DNA of 64,000 nt from NCBI GenBank assembly GCA_963664705.1, contig OY761556.1, positions 3,200,001 through 3,264,000 of the forward strand, given 5' to 3'. Under the pieces are notes generated by a model that saw nothing but the letters and a program-made list of their open reading frames with translations, did no database searches and was not told where the DNA came from. Shown piece after piece: positions 21,539 through 33,109 of the stretch (position 1 is the first letter of the stretch; each line of letters begins with the position of its first letter). A program made the translations under genes and the position numbers. This DNA is from Acidobacteriota bacterium (GTDB lineage Bacteria > Acidobacteriota > UBA6911).

Positions 21539-22729
21539 TTATTCGGGCAGGTTCTCCTTCATCACCTCGGCCAGTATCCGGATTGCATCATGAATTGTGG
21601 GTTCATCGGACATCGTGTAGTTCAGCCGCATTGTCTCCAAGCCTTCGCCCTGATTTGCAAAGAAGAACTTGCCGGGCACGTACACTACCTTGCACTCAGC
21701 GGCCTTCCAGTAGAGCTTTTCCATGTCCATCCCTTTTCTTCCCGCGACCCAGATGAACATGCCGCCTTCGGGATTGGTCCATCGAAAACCGTCCGGGAAA
21801 TAGGTTTGCAGCGCCTGAAGCATCGCCTCCTGTTTCGGCCGGTAGAGATTGATGATTTTGGGCAGATGTCGGTCCAGATAGCCGCCGGACAGATACTCGC
21901 AGGCCAGCGCCTGGCTGAACGTATTGGTGTGCAGGTCAATCCCCTGCTTCACAATGACCAGCCATTTGCGAATGACCTCCGGCGCCACGCATATGCCAAG
22001 CCTCAATCCGGGCGCCAGCACTTTGGAGAGCGTGGTCGTGAAAATCACATTATCGGGCGCAAACATTGCAATCGGTGGCAGTTCTTCTCCCCGGTATCGC
22101 AGTGCGCTGTAGGGATCGTCTTCCAAAAGAAGCGCGTCATGGCGTCGAATGATTTCCGCAATCTGTTTGCGCCGATGCAACGGAATGCTTCTTCCGGTAG
22201 GATTCTGAAACGTCGGAACCAGGTATGTGAATTTGACACGATTCTTTTTCAGAGCGTCATCAAGGGACTCGGGTATCAAGCCATCATCGTCCGTGGCAAG
22301 ACAGACATAATTCGGCTCATAGGGATTGAATGCCTGCAAAGCGCCAAGATAGGTCGGAGACTCCACTGCGACCTTATCCCCCGGAGAAATCAAAACCCGT
22401 CCCACTGAATCCAATACCCCCTGTGAGCCGCTGGCAACCAGTATCTTATCCGCCGATGTATGGATCTGCTTTTGGGCAAGAAATGGAACAAGCGCTTCAA
22501 CAAAAGGGATGAATCCTTCCGTTCGATCGTACTGCAGGCTCTGGGCACCGTACTTGGAGAATACTCTAGAAACCAGCTCTTCCATTATTTCCAATGGAAA
22601 ACTTGCCGGAGCCGGAATGCCTCCTGCAAGCGAAACCATACCCGGCTGCGACACTACCTTGAGGATCTCCCGAATAGCGCTCGCTCGCATTCGTTCAGTC
22701 CGCTCTGCTAGAAGCTCTTCAAATCCCAT
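21539..22729 (-). CDS. PLP-dependent class I/II aminotransferase (2-aminoadipate/aromatic, MocR-like enzyme domain)
   Basis: SAIREILK, SLAGGIP, FQNPTG, EDDPY, LSKVLAPGLRLG. Confidence 0.9.
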   Translation of the reverse strand: MGFEELLAERTERMRASAIREILKVVSQPGMVSLAGGIPAPASFPLEIMEELVSRVFSKYGAQSLQYDRTEGFIPFVEALVPFLAQKQIHTSADKILVASGSQGVLDSVGRVLISPGDKVAVESPTYLGALQAFNPYEPNYVCLATDDDGLIPESLDDALKKNRVKFTYLVPTFQNPTGRSIPLHRRKQIAEIIRRHDALLLEDDPYSALRYRGEELPPIAMFAPDNVIFTTTLSKVLAPGLRLGICVAPEVIRKWLVIVKQGIDLHTNTFSQALACEYLSGGYLDRHLPKIINLYRPKQEAMLQALQTYFPDGFRWTNPEGGMFIWVAGRKGMDMEKLYWKAAECKVVYVPGKFFFANQGEGLETMRLNYTMSDEPTIHDAIRILAEVMKENLPE

Positions 22730-23037
22730 GCCTTTGCTCTTCCTTCATTAAGCCAGATTATATCTCAACGCATTGATCCGTTGGCCTGAGGGGATGTGGA
22801 TGTGGCTACGCTGCTGGTTATATTTGGTAAGCCCGGAAGCAACGATACTTTCAACTGAGCAACAATCCCATGCTCCTTTAGAGTCAACAGTTTAGCAAAT
22901 GCATCCGGAAATGGGGCTGATTTATTTCAATTTTCTGCCCGCCAAGACACTTTCGCCCCGATTGTGAGTGCGAATTTCACGCCATCCGGCTATCGGTTGG
23001 GTACAATAAGCCTCAGACTTGTATTCGGGAGATAGGA

Positions 23038-24129
23038 ATGATGACGAAAGAACAATCGAAAGCGCACCTGTTTGCTCCGCTCACAATCAAAAGCGTTACC
23101 CTTAAGAATCGCATCGGAGTATCGCCGATGTGCCAGTACAGCTGCGAGGATGGGATGCTCAACGACTGGCACCTGGTACATCTTGGATCCCGTGCGGTAG
23201 GCGGAGCCGGTTTGATCATCATTGAAGCGACCGGCGTTGAACCGCGCGGACGCATTTCGCCCTGGGATGCGGGGCTGTGGTCGGATCAGCAGGTCGAACC
23301 GATTGCGCGAATCAGCCGTTTCCTGAAACAGTATGGCGCGATGCCGGGCATCCAGTTGGCACATGCAGGGCGAAAGGCAAGCACTGCACGGCCCTGGGAA
23401 GGCGGTCATTCGCTCTCGAATGAACAAGGCGGATGGGAAACCATCGGTCCCAGTGCACTTGCTTTCGGTCAGGAAATTTCCCGCGTGCCACGCGAGATGA
23501 CGATCGGGGACCTGCGCACGGTTAAGGAGTCTTTTCGGGCTGCCGCGATGCGAGCGCTGGAAGCCGGATGCGAATGGCTGGAACTTCATGCCGCCCACGG
23601 CTACCTTCTTCACGAATTCTATTCGCCGCTATCCAACAAGCGCCAGGACGAATACGGCGGCACTTTTGAAAACAGGATCCGCCTCACTATCGAAACGGCA
23701 AGAGTGATTCGCGGAGTATGGCCCGACAGGCTGCCCTTCACCGTCCGCATTTCCTGCACCGATTGGGTTGATGGGGGTTGGACAATTGAAGAATCCGTAG
23801 AGCTTTCCAGGAGGCTTAAAACGGAGGGAGTCGACCTGATTGACTGCAGTTCCGCGTTCAACACTCCGGATTATGCCGCGATTCCATTTGGCGCAGGCTT
23901 CCAGGTACCCTTTTCCGAGCGGATTCGGCGGGAAGCAGAGATCCTGACCGCGACGGTCGGATACATTACGAACGCCATGCAGGCCGATGGCATTGTCCGC
24001 AATGGACGCGCGGATGTTGTACTCATGGCGCGGGAGATGCTTCGAAATCCTTACTGGGCTTTCACTGCGGCAGACATCCTGCGCCACAAGAAAGAGCCGC
24101 CGTCTCAATATGCGCGGGCAATTGATTAG
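23038..24129 (+). CDS. NADH:flavin oxidoreductase, Old Yellow Enzyme (YqjM/NamA-like)
   Basis: SPMCQYS, IQLAHAGRKAS, ELHAAHGYLLHEF, R.DEYGG. Confidence 0.92.
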   Translation: MMTKEQSKAHLFAPLTIKSVTLKNRIGVSPMCQYSCEDGMLNDWHLVHLGSRAVGGAGLIIIEATGVEPRGRISPWDAGLWSDQQVEPIARISRFLKQYGAMPGIQLAHAGRKASTARPWEGGHSLSNEQGGWETIGPSALAFGQEISRVPREMTIGDLRTVKESFRAAAMRALEAGCEWLELHAAHGYLLHEFYSPLSNKRQDEYGGTFENRIRLTIETARVIRGVWPDRLPFTVRISCTDWVDGGWTIEESVELSRRLKTEGVDLIDCSSAFNTPDYAAIPFGAGFQVPFSERIRREAEILTATVGYITNAMQADGIVRNGRADVVLMAREMLRNPYWAFTAADILRHKKEPPSQYARAID

Positions 24130-24158
24130 GTTGCCAGGAAAAGGCCGCGTCCGGGAAC

Positions 24159-25226
24159 CTAGTTTCTGCACTTGGCCAGAACAAGGCCCGCAATGTCATT
24201 GAGCGGGAGGACGGTACATGCGGCCCCGCGTTTGATGGCTTCCTGCGGCATGCCAAACACGACACAGCTGGCCTCATCCTGGGCGATGGTAAAGGCTCCG
24301 GCCTCCCTGAGTTCCTTGAGCCCTTGAGCCCCGTCGTCCCCCATTCCGGTCATCAGCGCTGCGACCGCGTTCTTGCCACAATAGCGCGCCGCCGATCTGA
24401 AGAGAACATCCACCGACGGCCGGTGTCTCGAAACAAGGGGACCGTCCTTGACTTCCACATGATATCGCGCGCCGCTGCGCTTGAGCAGCGTATGTCGATT
24501 CCCGGGAGCAATCAGAACGCGGCCTGGCAATACAGTGTCGTTATCCTCTGCCTCTTTGATCGACATTGCACAAAGCTGATCCAGGCGACGAGCAAATGAA
24601 GCGGTAAAATGCTCCGGCATATGCTGAACAATCACGATGCCCGGCGCATCCGCAGGCATTGCGGTCAGGAATACCTGGATTGCCTCCGTTCCACCGGTGG
24701 AGGCCCCCACTACAACAACCTTTTCGGTTGTCTCGATCATTGCCTTCGATGCCGGCTTGGCAATCATTGCATCCGCGGTCAGTTTCGGTTCGACCTTCGT
24801 TGTCTTTGCGAACCGTCGCGGTTTCGCCTGGGCGGCGGCGCGGATTGCATCACAAATACGTATTCGCGATTCCTGCAAAAAGGACTTGGTATCAATGCGT
24901 GGCTTCGTGATGATCTCGACGGCACCAAGTTCCAGCGCCCTCATCGCCGTTTCGGATCCCCCATCAACGAGGCTGGAGCACATCACGACAGGGATGGGGT
25001 GCTGGCTCATGATCTTCTGGAGGAACGACAGCCCATCCATTCGAGGCATTTCGACATCAAGCGTGATGACATCAGGAACTTCCTCACGCATCTTCTCAGC
25101 CGCCAGATACGGATCCGCTGCCGTTGCCATGACTTCTATATCAGGCTCCCCGTTCAGTATTTCCAACATTGTCTGTCGGACGACCGCGGAATCATCGACC
25201 ACAAGAACCCTGATTTTCTCTTTCAT
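24159..25226 (-). CDS. cheB: Chemotaxis response regulator protein-glutamate methylesterase
   Basis: REC domain (LDVEMP) plus GASTGG, QHMP, RPSVD, GMGDDG. Confidence 0.97.
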   Translation of the reverse strand: MKEKIRVLVVDDSAVVRQTMLEILNGEPDIEVMATAADPYLAAEKMREEVPDVITLDVEMPRMDGLSFLQKIMSQHPIPVVMCSSLVDGGSETAMRALELGAVEIITKPRIDTKSFLQESRIRICDAIRAAAQAKPRRFAKTTKVEPKLTADAMIAKPASKAMIETTEKVVVVGASTGGTEAIQVFLTAMPADAPGIVIVQHMPEHFTASFARRLDQLCAMSIKEAEDNDTVLPGRVLIAPGNRHTLLKRSGARYHVEVKDGPLVSRHRPSVDVLFRSAARYCGKNAVAALMTGMGDDGAQGLKELREAGAFTIAQDEASCVVFGMPQEAIKRGAACTVLPLNDIAGLVLAKCRN

Positions 25227-25235
25227 TCGGCTTCC

Positions 25236-26120
25236 CTAATACGGCATTTGATAAATGCTGGCGGAGACATATCGGACCGGAACATTCATATTGGCCAGTG
25301 TTTCTGAATGCCCCATAAACAAATAGCCCCCCGGAACGAGGTGCCGGCAAATCCTGTTGACAATTCTCTCCTGAGTCGGACGGTCAAAATAGATGATCAT
25401 ATTCCGGCAAAAAGCGACATCCATGGATTCGTCAATACCATAATCGGAATCCATCATGTTTAGCTGTCTGAATTGCACCTTTTCGCGCAACTCTGGAACG
25501 ATTCGGACCAGTTGTTTCGATGGATCCTTGCTTTTCAGCAGATATCGCTTCCGCATTGCCATCGAGACCGGTTCAACGCGCTCAATGTCATAAATTGCAT
25601 CCTGGGCAATCCGAAGGACGCGCGACGAAATATCCGTGGCCAGGATTGAAAAATGGCTGCAGGCCCGCCTTTCCACTGCGTCTGCAAGCACCATCGCGAG
25701 AGTATAGGGTTCTTCGCCTGTTGAACTCGCCGCGCTCCACGCACGAAAAGGTCTTGTAAGGCCGGCCCCATTGAGCTCCTGGAGTTCTCCCAACGCCCTG
25801 TTCCGGAGGAAGTCAAAGTGCCAGGGCTCACGAAAAAAGTCCGTCTTGTTGGTAGTAACGACATCGATGAGCGGCTGAATTTCCGCTTGGAGCCCCTGCG
25901 CACTGAAAAGATATTCACAATAACTGCGAAAGCCGTTGCAGTCCAGGCTAGCGATACGCTTCCGGATTCGACCTTCAAGCAGGTTCTTTTTTTCCCTCGT
26001 CATCTGAATGCCGCATTTCTCGTGGATGAGGCGGCAGACACGGAGGAAGTCCTTGTCGCTCATGCCCTGCATCAGATCACTTCCCGACACAGGATGGGTA
26101 TCACCATCTTGTCTTAGCAA
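25236..26120 (-). CDS. cheR: Chemotaxis protein methyltransferase, full-length
   Basis: TTNKTDFFRE, WSAASSTGEEPY, ATDIS, FCRNMIIYF, GHSE; start uncertain (TTG at 26120 with GGAG RBS). Confidence 0.95.
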   Translation of the reverse strand: MLRQDGDTHPVSGSDLMQGMSDKDFLRVCRLIHEKCGIQMTREKKNLLEGRIRKRIASLDCNGFRSYCEYLFSAQGLQAEIQPLIDVVTTNKTDFFREPWHFDFLRNRALGELQELNGAGLTRPFRAWSAASSTGEEPYTLAMVLADAVERRACSHFSILATDISSRVLRIAQDAIYDIERVEPVSMAMRKRYLLKSKDPSKQLVRIVPELREKVQFRQLNMMDSDYGIDESMDVAFCRNMIIYFDRPTQERIVNRICRHLVPGGYLFMGHSETLANMNVPVRYVSASIYQMPY

Positions 26121-26176
26121 AGGTCGACTCCATACTAACCGGAACTGAGCCGTGCTGCATGCATTGAATAGCGGTA

Positions 26177-26213
26177 CCGGACGGAGCGAAAAGGAGGGCA
26201 ACGCTCCGTCCGG
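26177..26213. other. Intra-operon 12-bp perfect hairpin between cheW and cheR
   Basis: CCGGACGGAGCG-13nt-CGCTCCGTCCGG. Confidence 0.55.
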
Positions 26214-26266
26214 CGCGCATAAGAATAAGTGGCGGACCCCAGCTTGTCCGGGATCCCCCGTGAGGA

Positions 26267-26821
26267 CTACATGGCACCAAGCTGCGGACCGGTGCGTTCG
26301 GCAGTCCCCGTAGTGACATCACTCCGCATCTCCGCGGCCCCCTCGGCACCCTGAAAAACAGCTAACTCGTTTGACGAGAAAACCATATCGATGTCGAGAA
26401 TGATGATCAGCTCATTATTGTGTTTACCGATTCCCCGGATAAATTCAGTACGCCAGCGCGTACCGATGCGAGGCGGTGGCTCAATCTGCCCTGGCTCAAG
26501 TTCAAAAACCTCCTGAACGGAATCCACCAGAGCCCCTAAAACCGTGGTGTCCTGGTCCACCGCGATCTCAAGGACAATAATGCAGGTGTCCACCGTCTTT
26601 TCCGTCTGGGACATGCCGAACTTCAAGCGCATGTCCACAACGGGAACAACATTGCCGCGCACATTAATGACGCCGCGCATATATTCAGGAGTGCCGGGAA
26701 CTTTGGTGGCCGGGGTGAAATCAAGTATTTCCCGCACCTTTGCCACATCGACAGCAAAAACTTCCTGATCGAGTTTGAAGGTCAGATACTGCGTTGTTTC
26801 CGTGATCTTGCTGGAAGCCAT
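26267..26821 (-). CDS. cheW: Chemotaxis coupling protein CheW
   Basis: QYLTFKL, VREI, TKVPGTP..GVINVRG.VVPVVD, GALVDSVQEV; RBS AAGGAG. Confidence 0.96.
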   Translation of the reverse strand: MASSKITETTQYLTFKLDQEVFAVDVAKVREILDFTPATKVPGTPEYMRGVINVRGNVVPVVDMRLKFGMSQTEKTVDTCIIVLEIAVDQDTTVLGALVDSVQEVFELEPGQIEPPPRIGTRWRTEFIRGIGKHNNELIIILDIDMVFSSNELAVFQGAEGAAEMRSDVTTGTAERTGPQLGAM

Positions 26822-26837
26822 GGTGATCTCCTTTCGA

Positions 26838-29800
26838 TCAGTACTTTTCAAACTCGGAATCCCGGGCTTCCGATTTGCCTTTGCTATCCGACATTTCCAG
26901 GCTAATCCCAGCGGGCTTTCCAACCGGTTTCGATTTAAGGCCCGCCCCGGATTCCTTGGCGTGAAGGGTGGAGGCCGCCGGTTTGCCACGGCCCGCCGAC
27001 AAAGGTGCCGACGCGTGCTGCGGCTTCACAGCTTTTGTCCTTGCGCCCCCGCCATTTGTGTTTTCAGTCCGGAAGAACGCAACTTCGCTCTGGAGTCGTT
27101 CCGCCTGCGAAGTGAGTTCTCTCGCAGTGGATGCCATCTCTTCAGAGGCACTTGCATTCTGCTGGATAACCTGGTCAAGCTGCTGGATGGCTTTGTTGAT
27201 CTGATCGGCCCCGTTCTTCTGCTCGCCGCTGGCAGCGTTGATTTCCTGAACCAGGCTGGCTGTCTTCTGAATAGCCGGCACGATTTTGGAAAGCATGTCG
27301 CCTGCTCTTTCGGCAACCTGAACACTGGAGGCCGACAGACGGTTGATTTCGCCCGCTGCCTGCTGACTTCGTTCTGCCAGTCTGCGGACTTCGGCGGCTA
27401 CTACGGCAAACCCCTTGCCGTGCTCACCGGCGCGCGCAGCTTCGATTGCAGCGTTCAGAGCCAGCATGTTGGTTTGTCGGGCGATTTCCTCGATGATCGA
27501 AATCTTGTTTGCAATTTCCTTCATGGCTGCCACGGTTTCGGTGACGGCCTGGCCGCCCTCCTTGGCATCCTCTGCAGACTTGATTGCGATCTTCTCCGTT
27601 TGCTGTGCATTATCGGCATTCTGCATGATGTTCGAGGTCATCTGTTCCATAGAGGAAGAGACCTCTTCTGCCGATGCCGCCTGTTCTGTTGCGCCCTGGG
27701 ATACCTGCTCGGAACGGACATTCATATCCTGGCTTCCCATGGCGACCTGATCTGCAACACCCTGCACGTTGGTGACCACCTCTGTCAGTTTGCCCAACAT
27801 ACGTGCCAGAGCCTGCATGAGCTTATCCTGTTCGGACCGGTCCTTGACCGTAACGGTCAACTCACCGCCGGCGATCTCTTCCGCCACGTGAGTAATCTCG
27901 TTCTGGGCATCGATCAGTACATTCAGGTTGTTCTTGATGGTATTAAAATCACCATTGTAATTGTCCGTGATCTTTCCAGGCATATCGCCCTTCGAAATCC
28001 GGTCCACGTAATTGGCTGCGACATTCAACGGCCCGATTACCGCGTCGAGCGTATCATCCACACCCTGGACAATCCTGCGATAATCTCCCTGATGCCGGCC
28101 CGCATCGGCGCGTGTCGCCAGTTTTCCATCGACCGCCGCCTTCGCCAGCATGTCGGCATCGGCTACCAGAGCATTCACCGCATCAATGCACTGGTTGAGG
28201 TTGTTTTTGATTTCGTTGAAATCGCCGTTATATCTGTCGGTGATCTTCGGTGGGATATCGCCTTTGGATATCCGGTCGACATACTCGGCCGCGACATTCA
28301 AAGGACCAATCACCGCGTCGAGGGTATCATTGACACCCTGAACGATCTTGCGGAAATCGCCCTGGTGCTTCGTGGCATCCGCGCGCGTTGCCAGCTTGCC
28401 TTCAACGGCCGCTTTCGACAGCATGCCCGCATCGGCTACCAGAGCATTGACGGCATCAATCGCCTGGTTAAGATTGTTTTTGATTTCGTTGAAATCGCCG
28501 TTATAGCTGTCCGTGATCTTCGGAGGAATATCGCCTTTGGATATCCGGTCAACGTACTCCGCAGCAACATTCAACGGCCCGATCACAGAATCGAGCGTAT
28601 CGTTGACACCCTGAACGATCTTGCGATAGTCACCCTGGTGTTTGCCCGCATCGGCGCGCGTCGCGAGTTTGCCATCAACCGCGGCTTTCGCCAGCACTCC
28701 GGCATCGCCCACCAGCGCATTCACCGCATCAATGCAGTTGTTCAGGTTGGTTTTGATGATATTGTACTGCCCCTTGTAGTTATCCGTGATCTTCGAGGGG
28801 ATATCGCCCTTGGAGATCTTGTCCACATACTGAGCGGTAACCATCAATGGATTCACGATATTGGTGATCGTGTCGTTGACGCCCGATACCAGCTTGTTCC
28901 ATCCACCGACAAACAGTGCGGCATCGGCACGCTTATCCAGTTCTCCATCCGCGGCGGCTTTGATGATTTTGTCGGTTTCCGCCAACAACTCGCTCATCAT
29001 CTTGACCACTGCATTCAAGTTGCTCTTGATGACGTTATACTGGCCTTTGTACGTATCCGTGATTTGGGGCGGGATCACTCCCTTGCTGACCTTGTCTACG
29101 TAATCAGCCGTGACCATCAATGGATTCACGATATTGGTGATGATCTCATTAATGCCTGACACCAACTGTTTCCATCCACCGACAAACAGATCTGCATTTG
29201 CGCGTTTATCCAACGCACCGTCAGCTGCAGCCGTAATGACTTGGGCAGCCTCACCCAGCAGGTTGTTCATGATGTCAATACAGTTGTTCAGGTTGTTTTT
29301 GATTTCGTTAAAGTCACCGTTGTAGTTATCCGTGATCCTCGGCGGAATGTCGCCTTTTGAAATCCGATCGACATACTCGGCGGCCACATTCAGCGGACCG
29401 ATGACGGAATCCAGCGTGTCATTCACGCCCTGAACGATCTTGCGGAAATCCCCCTGGTGCTTAGTGGCATCGGCGCGCGTTGCCAGTTTGCCTTCGACAG
29501 CCGCTTTGGCGAGCATTCCGGCATCGCCGGTCAAGGCATTGACCGCATCAATGGCCTGGTTGAGGTTGTTTTTGATTTCGTTGAAATCGCCATTGTAGTT
29601 GTCCGTGATCTTCGGCGGAATGTCGCCCTTTGAAATCCGGTCGACATACTCGGCCGCCACATTCAGAGGACCAATCACCGCGTCCAGCGTGTCATCGACG
29701 CCCTGGACGATCTTGCGGAAATCTCCCTGATGTTTACTGGCATCGGCTCGTGTTGCCAGTTTGCCTTCGACGGCCGCCTTGGACAACATGCCGGCATCCG

Positions 29801-32366
29801 CAACCAGCGCATTGACCGCATCGATGGCCTGGTTGAGGTTGTTTTTGATTTCGTTGAAATCGCCATTGTAGTTGTCCGTGATCTTCGGCGGGATATCTCC
29901 CTTGGAAATCCGGTCGACATACTCGGCCGCCACATTCAGCGGACCAATCACCGCATCCAGCGTGTCATCGACGCCCTGGACGATCTTGCGATAATCTCCC
30001 TGGTGTTTGGTGGCATCGGCGCGCGTTGCCAGCTTGCCTTGGACCGCCGCCTGGGACAACATACCGGCATCCGCAACCAGCGCATTGACCGCATCGATGG
30101 CCTGGTTGAGGTTGTTTTTGATTCCATTGAAATCGCCATTGTAGTTGTCCGTGATCTTCGGCGGGATATCTCCCTTGGAAATCCGGTCGACATACTCGGC
30201 GGCAACATTCAGCGGACCAATCACCGCATCCAGCGTGTCATCGACTCCCTGGACGATCTTGCGGAAATCTCCCTGGTGTTTGGTAGCATCGGCTCGTGTA
30301 GCCAGCTTGCCTTCGACCGCCGCCTGGGACAACATACCAGCATCCGCAACCAGCGCATTGACCGCATCGATGGCCTGGTTGAGGTTGTTTTTGATTTCGT
30401 TGAAATCGCCATTGTAGTTGTCCGTGATCTTCGGCGGGATATCTCCCTTGGAAATCCGGTCGACATACTCGGCCGCCACATTCAGCGGACCAATCACCGC
30501 ATCCAGCGTGTCATCGACGCCCTGGACGATCTTGCGATAATCTCCCTGGTGTTTGGTGGCATCGGCGCGCGTTGCCAGCTTGCCTTGGACCGCCGCCTGC
30601 GACAACATACCGGCATCCGCAACCAGCGCATTGACCGCATCGATGGCTTGGTTGAGGTTGTTTTTGATTCCATTGAAATCGCCATTGTAGTTGTCCGTGA
30701 TCTTCGGCGGGATATCTCCTTTGGAGATTCGATCGACATACTCGGCGGCAACATTCAGCGGACCAATCACCGCATCCAGCGTGTCATCGACTCCCTGGAC
30801 GATCTTGCGGAAATCTCCCTGGTGTTTGGTAGCATCGGCTCGTGTAGCCAGCTTACCTTCGACCGCCGCCTGGGACAACATACCGGCATCCGCAACCAGC
30901 GCATTGACCGCATCAATGGCCTGGTTGAGGTTGTTTTTAATTTCGTTGAAATCGCCATTGTAGTTGTCGGTGATCTTCGGCGGGATATCTCCCTTGGAGA
31001 TTCGATCGACGTACTCCGCCGCCACATTCAGCGGGCCAATAACAGAATCCAGCGTTTCGTTCACACCCTGCACTATCTTGCGATAATCACCATGATGCTT
31101 CGTAGCGTCGGCACGCGTTGCCAGCTTGCCTTCAACCGCGGCTTTCGCCAGCATTCCGGCATCGCCAACAAGGCTATTGACCGCATCGATACATTGATTC
31201 AGATTATCTTTGATAGCGTTGAAATCGCCGTTATAACTATCGGTGATCTTCGCGGGAATCTCGCCTCTCGAGATCTGGTCGACATATTTCGCGGCAACAT
31301 TCAGCGGGCCGATGACTGCATCCAGGGTATCATCGACGCCCTGGACAATCTTTCGAAAGTCCCCCTGGTGTTTTGACGCATCCGCACGGGTCGCAAGCTT
31401 CCCTTCAACGGCGGCTCTTGAGAGCATGCCTGCGTCGGCAACCAATGCGCTGACAGCGTCAATGCACTGATTGAGGTTGTTTTTGATTTCGTTAAAATCA
31501 CCATTATAGCTATCCGTGATCTTCGGCGGGATATCGCCCTTCGAAATCCTGTCTACATATTCTGCCGCAACATTCAGCGGACCGATAACGGAATCCAGAG
31601 TATCATTGACGCCCTGGACGATCTTCCGATAATCGCCCTGGTGCTTCGATGCATCCGCGCGTGTCGCCAGTTTTCCCTCTACCGCAGCCTTGGCGAGCAT
31701 GACGGCATCCGCGACAAGCGCATTCACCACATCGACGCAACGATTCAGATTGTTTTTGATTTCATTGAAATCGCCGTTATAACTATCGGTGATCTTCGCG
31801 GGGATATCGCCCGTTGATATCTGATCGACATATTTCGCGGCGACATTCAGAGGTCCGATTACCGCATCGAGCGTGTCATTAACTCCCTGGACTATCTTGC
31901 GATAGTCACCCAGGTGTTTGGTGGCATCGGCTCTGGTTGAAAGCTTTCCATCAACAGCCGCTTTGGACAGCATGCCCGCATCGGCCACAAGGTTATTGAC
32001 CGCGTCGATGCACTGATTCAGGTTATTTTTGATTTTATTGAAATCGCCATTATACGTGTCGGTAATCTTGGGCGGGATTTCGCCTTTCGATATATTTTCC
32101 ACATAATCTGCAGCGACATTCAGAGGCTGAACAATACCATCGATAAGTTGGTTGACGCATTCCAGGATTTCCCGATCCTGGCCTACCAAGTCATCAATAC
32201 CGGCTCTGGCATTCAAGTTTCCGGACTTTATTTCATTGGTCAAGTCCCAAACTCTTTCAAAGACAACACCCTCAGCGATGCCGTTCATTTCAGGATCAAG
32301 GCGCTTTTTGGGGCGCACCGGGGGAGGGGTGGTTCCGGTGATCCTACCATTAACCTTGGTTGGCAT
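26838..32366 (-). CDS. Giant cytoplasmic methyl-accepting chemotaxis protein: poly-HAMP array, MA domain and C-terminal pentapeptide EFEKY
   Basis: 15 full 91-aa repeats; [30 protein letters not shown] hairpin tip; no TM helix. Confidence 0.93.
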   Translation of the reverse strand: MPTKVNGRITGTTPPPVRPKKRLDPEMNGIAEGVVFERVWDLTNEIKSGNLNARAGIDDLVGQDREILECVNQLIDGIVQPLNVAADYVENISKGEIPPKITDTYNGDFNKIKNNLNQCIDAVNNLVADAGMLSKAAVDGKLSTRADATKHLGDYRKIVQGVNDTLDAVIGPLNVAAKYVDQISTGDIPAKITDSYNGDFNEIKNNLNRCVDVVNALVADAVMLAKAAVEGKLATRADASKHQGDYRKIVQGVNDTLDSVIGPLNVAAEYVDRISKGDIPPKITDSYNGDFNEIKNNLNQCIDAVSALVADAGMLSRAAVEGKLATRADASKHQGDFRKIVQGVDDTLDAVIGPLNVAAKYVDQISRGEIPAKITDSYNGDFNAIKDNLNQCIDAVNSLVGDAGMLAKAAVEGKLATRADATKHHGDYRKIVQGVNETLDSVIGPLNVAAEYVDRISKGDIPPKITDNYNGDFNEIKNNLNQAIDAVNALVADAGMLSQAAVEGKLATRADATKHQGDFRKIVQGVDDTLDAVIGPLNVAAEYVDRISKGDIPPKITDNYNGDFNGIKNNLNQAIDAVNALVADAGMLSQAAVQGKLATRADATKHQGDYRKIVQGVDDTLDAVIGPLNVAAEYVDRISKGDIPPKITDNYNGDFNEIKNNLNQAIDAVNALVADAGMLSQAAVEGKLATRADATKHQGDFRKIVQGVDDTLDAVIGPLNVAAEYVDRISKGDIPPKITDNYNGDFNGIKNNLNQAIDAVNALVADAGMLSQAAVQGKLATRADATKHQGDYRKIVQGVDDTLDAVIGPLNVAAEYVDRISKGDIPPKITDNYNGDFNEIKNNLNQAIDAVNALVADAGMLSKAAVEGKLATRADASKHQGDFRKIVQGVDDTLDAVIGPLNVAAEYVDRISKGDIPPKITDNYNGDFNEIKNNLNQAIDAVNALTGDAGMLAKAAVEGKLATRADATKHQGDFRKIVQGVNDTLDSVIGPLNVAAEYVDRISKGDIPPRITDNYNGDFNEIKNNLNNCIDIMNNLLGEAAQVITAAADGALDKRANADLFVGGWKQLVSGINEIITNIVNPLMVTADYVDKVSKGVIPPQITDTYKGQYNVIKSNLNAVVKMMSELLAETDKIIKAAADGELDKRADAALFVGGWNKLVSGVNDTITNIVNPLMVTAQYVDKISKGDIPSKITDNYKGQYNIIKTNLNNCIDAVNALVGDAGVLAKAAVDGKLATRADAGKHQGDYRKIVQGVNDTLDSVIGPLNVAAEYVDRISKGDIPPKITDSYNGDFNEIKNNLNQAIDAVNALVADAGMLSKAAVEGKLATRADATKHQGDFRKIVQGVNDTLDAVIGPLNVAAEYVDRISKGDIPPKITDRYNGDFNEIKNNLNQCIDAVNALVADADMLAKAAVDGKLATRADAGRHQGDYRRIVQGVDDTLDAVIGPLNVAANYVDRISKGDMPGKITDNYNGDFNTIKNNLNVLIDAQNEITHVAEEIAGGELTVTVKDRSEQDKLMQALARMLGKLTEVVTNVQGVADQVAMGSQDMNVRSEQVSQGATEQAASAEEVSSSMEQMTSNIMQNADNAQQTEKIAIKSAEDAKEGGQAVTETVAAMKEIANKISIIEEIARQTNMLALNAAIEAARAGEHGKGFAVVAAEVRRLAERSQQAAGEINRLSASSVQVAERAGDMLSKIVPAIQKTASLVQEINAASGEQKNGADQINKAIQQLDQVIQQNASASEEMASTARELTSQAERLQSEVAFFRTENTNGGGARTKAVKPQHASAPLSAGRGKPAASTLHAKESGAGLKSKPVGKPAGISLEMSDSKGKSEARDSEFEKY
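27921..32126 (-). repeat. Intragenic 273-bp tandem repeat x15.4 (di-HAMP units)
   Basis: [23 protein letters not shown]..GVxDTLDxVIG recurs every 91 aa from aa 81. Confidence 0.95.
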
Positions 32367-32413
32367 AGTAATCGACTCTCCTAATTGTTTTTATATTTCC
32401 TATTCACTTAAAC

Positions 32414-33109
32414 TCACCTGTTTCCTTTGTAAACGGTCGCGCTTTCCGGTGGGCAAAGGCATCGATCCTGTTCCTTTGCCTGCTCACCTCCTTTCTGCAG
32501 ACTTGCATGCAGACGTATGCTCTCGCGAATTATTCTCAGCGAATCAGTCAATTGCTGTCGGGCTCCCTGGCAAACGGGATTGCCATGGCCGAAATAGATC
32601 TTTTCGATATTCCGGGTGCAAAGCCTTTTCATCGTGGCCACAAAATCCGGGCTATAGGTGCCTCCGACCGAGTGAATAATCACCGGTGAATCACCCACAA
32701 AGATCACGCCTTCCTCCTCGCACAGGAGCGAGATGGAATCCTCCGTATGGCCCGGCGTATGGACGACTTCAAAGTCGCGGTCTCCACACCGTATCTTTTC
32801 CCCGTTGGACAGCACTCGATCGACTCCATCGAGATATGGAGAAAAGGCCAGAACTTCCGGGTTGTATACTTGGCGGATCAAGGGCAGGATAGAGGTATGA
32901 TCCGAATGTCCGTGAGTCAGGATCACCCGCTCAACCTTTCGTTTTCCAACACCCGTATTTGCTCGATCCAGAGTCTCCAGGATGGAAGGGTCCGCCCCTA
33001 CATCTATCAGAGTGTTTACGTCTTCTAAGCGTTTCCATTCGCCTGTAATGAGAAAAACGTTGCAGGTGTACACCTTGTCGTTTTTTCCCTCCAGCCGAAT
33101 CAGACGCAT
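32414..33109 (-). CDS. MBL-fold metallo-hydrolase
   Basis: THGHSDH, HTPGHT, GDS, FGHG metal ligands; ATG at 33109 overlaps the end of the upstream cheR-like gene. Confidence 0.88.
   Translation of the reverse strand: MRLIRLEGKNDKVYTCNVFLITGEWKRLEDVNTLIDVGADPSILETLDRANTGVGKRKVERVILTHGHSDHTSILPLIRQVYNPEVLAFSPYLDGVDRVLSNGEKIRCGDRDFEVVHTPGHTEDSISLLCEEEGVIFVGDSPVIIHSVGGTYSPDFVATMKRLCTRNIEKIYFGHGNPVCQGARQQLTDSLRIIRESIRLHASLQKGGEQAKEQDRCLCPPESATVYKGNR

Noticed and set aside
26775-31376. Long + strand ORFs of 794 and 548 aa, and repeated 86-aa alternative-frame ORFs
   Set aside because: Antisense or alternate-frame shadows of the repetitive receptor gene
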